Both the position numbers and the translations under genes were made by a program. From Candidatus Hydrogenedentota bacterium (GTDB taxonomy: Bacteria; Hydrogenedentota; Hydrogenedentia; Hydrogenedentales; CAITNO01), in the NCBI GenBank assembly GCA_019455225.1, contig JACFMU010000006.1:7561-71560 (forward strand): 64,000 nucleotides of DNA. Direction: 5' to 3'. Position 1 is the first letter of the stretch. Every line of letters begins with the position of its first letter. Shown here in pieces: positions 62,241 to 64,000 of the stretch. A model generated the notes under the pieces. It was not told the origin of the DNA and did no database searches. It worked only from the letters and a program-made list of their open reading frames with translations.

Positions 62241-63309
62241 CCCCGAGATTGGCCAGCAGCGGCAGGAACTTGTGGTTGGCCTTGGGGAAGGCCAGGGTGT
62301 GGAACTCCTCCGGCGCGACCCAGCGCAGTTCGGTGTGGGCATGGGGCCGGGGCTCGCCTTCCACCAGCGTGCAGCGGTAGACGGACAGCACGATCTTGAA
62401 GTGGGTGTAGGCATGGCGGACGGAGGCGACCAGTCCGCCGATCTCCACCCCGACGCCCAGTTCCTCGCGGCATTCGCGGGCGAGTGCCTGGCGGTGGCTT
62501 TCGCCCGGGCAGACCTTGCCGCCGGGGAATTCCCACAGCCCGCCGAGCAGCCCCTCCGGAGGGCGGCGTCCGACAAGGTAGCGCCCGTCGCGGAGTATCG
62601 CGGCGGCGACTATCTCCTGGACAGGCACGGCCTTCTTCGGCTTGCGCACGGGCAGCCCGGCCTCGATGCCCGCCTCGCGCGCGCGGCACAGGTCCGCAAC
62701 GGGGCATCCGTCGCAGAGGGGCCGCCGGGGCACGCAAATCCGCGCGCCGAGTTCCATCATGGCCTGGTTGAAGTCGCCGGGGTCGCGGCCGGGCACAAGC
62801 TGCCCGGCGATGCGCCACAGGTCCCGCTCGACGGCGGGCTCGTCTATGCAGTCGGCGATGTGGAAGAGGCGCGAGAGGACACGCTTCACGTTGCCGTCCA
62901 GAACGGCGACACGCTCGCCGAAGGCGATGCTGGCGACGGCGGCGGCGGTGTAGCGGCCCACACCGGGCAGGAGCTGGAGGGTGGCGGCCTCCTCGGGGAA
63001 ACGGCCGCCGTGCTGGTCGCGCAGGATGCGCGCGGTCTGGTGGAGGTTTCGCGCGCGGGTGTAGTAGCCGAGCCCTTCCCACTGCTTGAGGACGGCCTCC
63101 TCGGTGGCGCCCGCCAGGTCTTCCAGTGTGGGGAAGGCGCTCAGGAACCGCTCATAGTAGGGCATGCCCTGGTCCACGCGGGTCTGCTGGAGCATGATTT
63201 CAGAGAGCCAGACGCGGTAGGGGTCGCGGGTGCGCCGCCAAGGCAGGTCGCGGGCCTCGGCGCGGAACCACGCCAGGAGAGCGGCGCGCAGGGTGTCAAT
63301 CTCTTTCAC
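62167..63309 (-). CDS. mutY: A/G-specific adenine DNA glycosylase with NUDIX-like C-terminal domain and an acidic repeat tail
   Basis: HhH-GPD (LPGVGRYTAAAV), Fe-S cluster Cys (CVPRRPLCDGCPVADLC), and a MutT-like domain. The C-terminus GGEDGVDEVDEVDGVDGVDEVDGID is encoded by 9-bp tandem repeats. Confidence 0.9.
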   Translation of the reverse strand: MKEIDTLRAALLAWFRAEARDLPWRRTRDPYRVWLSEIMLQQTRVDQGMPYYERFLSAFPTLEDLAGATEEAVLKQWEGLGYYTRARNLHQTARILRDQHGGRFPEEAATLQLLPGVGRYTAAAVASIAFGERVAVLDGNVKRVLSRLFHIADCIDEPAVERDLWRIAGQLVPGRDPGDFNQAMMELGARICVPRRPLCDGCPVADLCRAREAGIEAGLPVRKPKKAVPVQEIVAAAILRDGRYLVGRRPPEGLLGGLWEFPGGKVCPGESHRQALARECREELGVGVEIGGLVASVRHAYTHFKIVLSVYRCTLVEGEPRPHAHTELRWVAPEEFHTLAFPKANHKFLPLLANLGGEDGVDEVDEVDGVDGVDEVDGID

Positions 63310-63338
63310 AGGCCCGCAACACTTTCGCCGATAGGCGT

Positions 63339-63535
63339 GAACGCCTTTTCTTGCTCTTGCTCTTTATCTTGCTCTTGCTCCAAATCCCCAAACGGGTCTC
63401 CCACACTCGGCCACCTCTTCTTTGGCTGCCGGCGTGTGCTTAGTTGTCTTGGACAGCATCTTCACCACAGGAAAGAGCCGAACTTTACCGGCAAACAAGA
63501 GTAGAGCAAGAGCAAGAGCAAGAGCAAGAAAAAGA
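63339..63535. repeat. inverted (GCTCTT)n / (AAGAGC)n hexamer microsatellite arms flanking a 120-bp spacer
   Basis: CTTGCTCTTGCTCTTTATCTTGCTCTTGCTCC at 63339-63380 versus AGAGCAAGAGCAAGAGCAAGAGCAAGAAAAAG at 63500-63535. Upstream of the mutY start. Confidence 0.6.
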
Positions 63536-63568
63536 ACGAATGTCCCTGCGTCAATCGGCCAATCTCCC

Positions 63569-64000
63569 TCACAGGGGCGCGATTTCCGGGGGAAGGGTCT
63601 CACCCAGGGGCTTCAGGGGGCATTCAGCGTAGAGCGCCTTGAGCCGGGCGGCGTGTTCCGGGCCGAGTGCGGCGTAGGCCGCCAGCGCCGTGCGCACATC
63701 ACGCTGTTCGACCTCGGGGTAGTTTAGGCGGTTGGCGGGCGTGCCGTCCGCCAGCAGGGGCGGATTCGAGAGCTCCCCGGCATATCTTTCCATCAGGCGC
63801 AGGAGTTTGGGCGCGTTCATCACGGACGGCGCGGGCACGCGTTCCCGGTAATGCTCGACGAACGACTCGGGGCCGTGGCTCCAGTTCCAGGAGGTGTGCC
63901 CCGCGAAGGGGAGCGGCCCGCCCTCGTCCATGTAGAAGAGGGACCACTGGTGGTCGGGGCTCCAGGCCCGGTCTATCTTTTTCTGCTTCACTTTGGGCAT
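63569..64000 (-). CDS. hypothetical protein (at least 143 aa; the N-terminus may lie beyond the window)
   Basis: Open minus-strand frame from the window edge (an ATG sits exactly at 64000) to the stop at 63569. Coding-like composition. No recognisable domain. Confidence 0.5.
   Translation of the reverse strand: MPKVKQKKIDRAWSPDHQWSLFYMDEGGPLPFAGHTSWNWSHGPESFVEHYRERVPAPSVMNAPKLLRLMERYAGELSNPPLLADGTPANRLNYPEVEQRDVRTALAAYAALGPEHAARLKALYAECPLKPLGETLPPEIAPL

Noticed and set aside
63339-63535. Considered whether the hexamer and 9-bp repeat arrays (63339-63535, 62118-62240, 49098-49210) could be CRISPR arrays
   Set aside because: The units are 6-9 bp tandem microsatellites arranged as inverted arms. 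There are no regularly spaced ~30-bp direct repeats with unique spacers, and no cas genes.

Overview
High-GC (about 65%) bacterial chromosomal segment, densely coded. The taxon cannot be assigned from sequence alone. Many long ORFs in the track are antisense artefacts of the high GC content and are not listed as features. The left ~39 kb is dominated by minus-strand genes: an RND heavy-metal efflux operon (adaptor, CzcA/CusA-like pump, TolC-like outer membrane factor), gmd, topA, an M19 dipeptidase, trpE-trpG, hisF, an M16 peptidase, secreted phosphoesterase and lipid-hydrolase genes, a Pat-like NDP-forming acyl-CoA synthetase/GNAT fusion, and dnaN. The right ~24 kb is dominated by plus-strand genes: smpB, a thioesterase/DegT/CMD/GT2 sugar-modification cluster, a hybrid histidine kinase, rpsB-tsf-pyrH-frr-uppS-cdsA, prfB and lysS. 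The strand switch falls on a 700-bp AT-rich region upstream of dnaN (38941-39645) that carries one perfect and several near-perfect DnaA boxes. This is a putative oriC with no adjacent dnaA. Two lower-GC accessory cassettes interrupt the core genes. One is an AAA-ATPase/RloB pair (AbiL-like abortive-infection architecture) at 19.2-21.1 kb. The other is an EcoRI-family N6-adenine methyltransferase translationally coupled to a DUF262(ParB-like)-HNH nuclease at 43.1-45.4 kb, embedded in a diverged segmental duplication of host genes. That second cassette is the best candidate for an undescribed R-M-like defence system. A ~210-bp MITE with GGGGCCTTCCAAAAA terminal inverted repeats occurs twice, in inverted orientation. 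Several long inverted repeats built from 6-9 bp tandem units lie in intergenic regions, and one extends into the 3' end of mutY. No rRNA, tRNA, tmRNA or CRISPR array was recognised.
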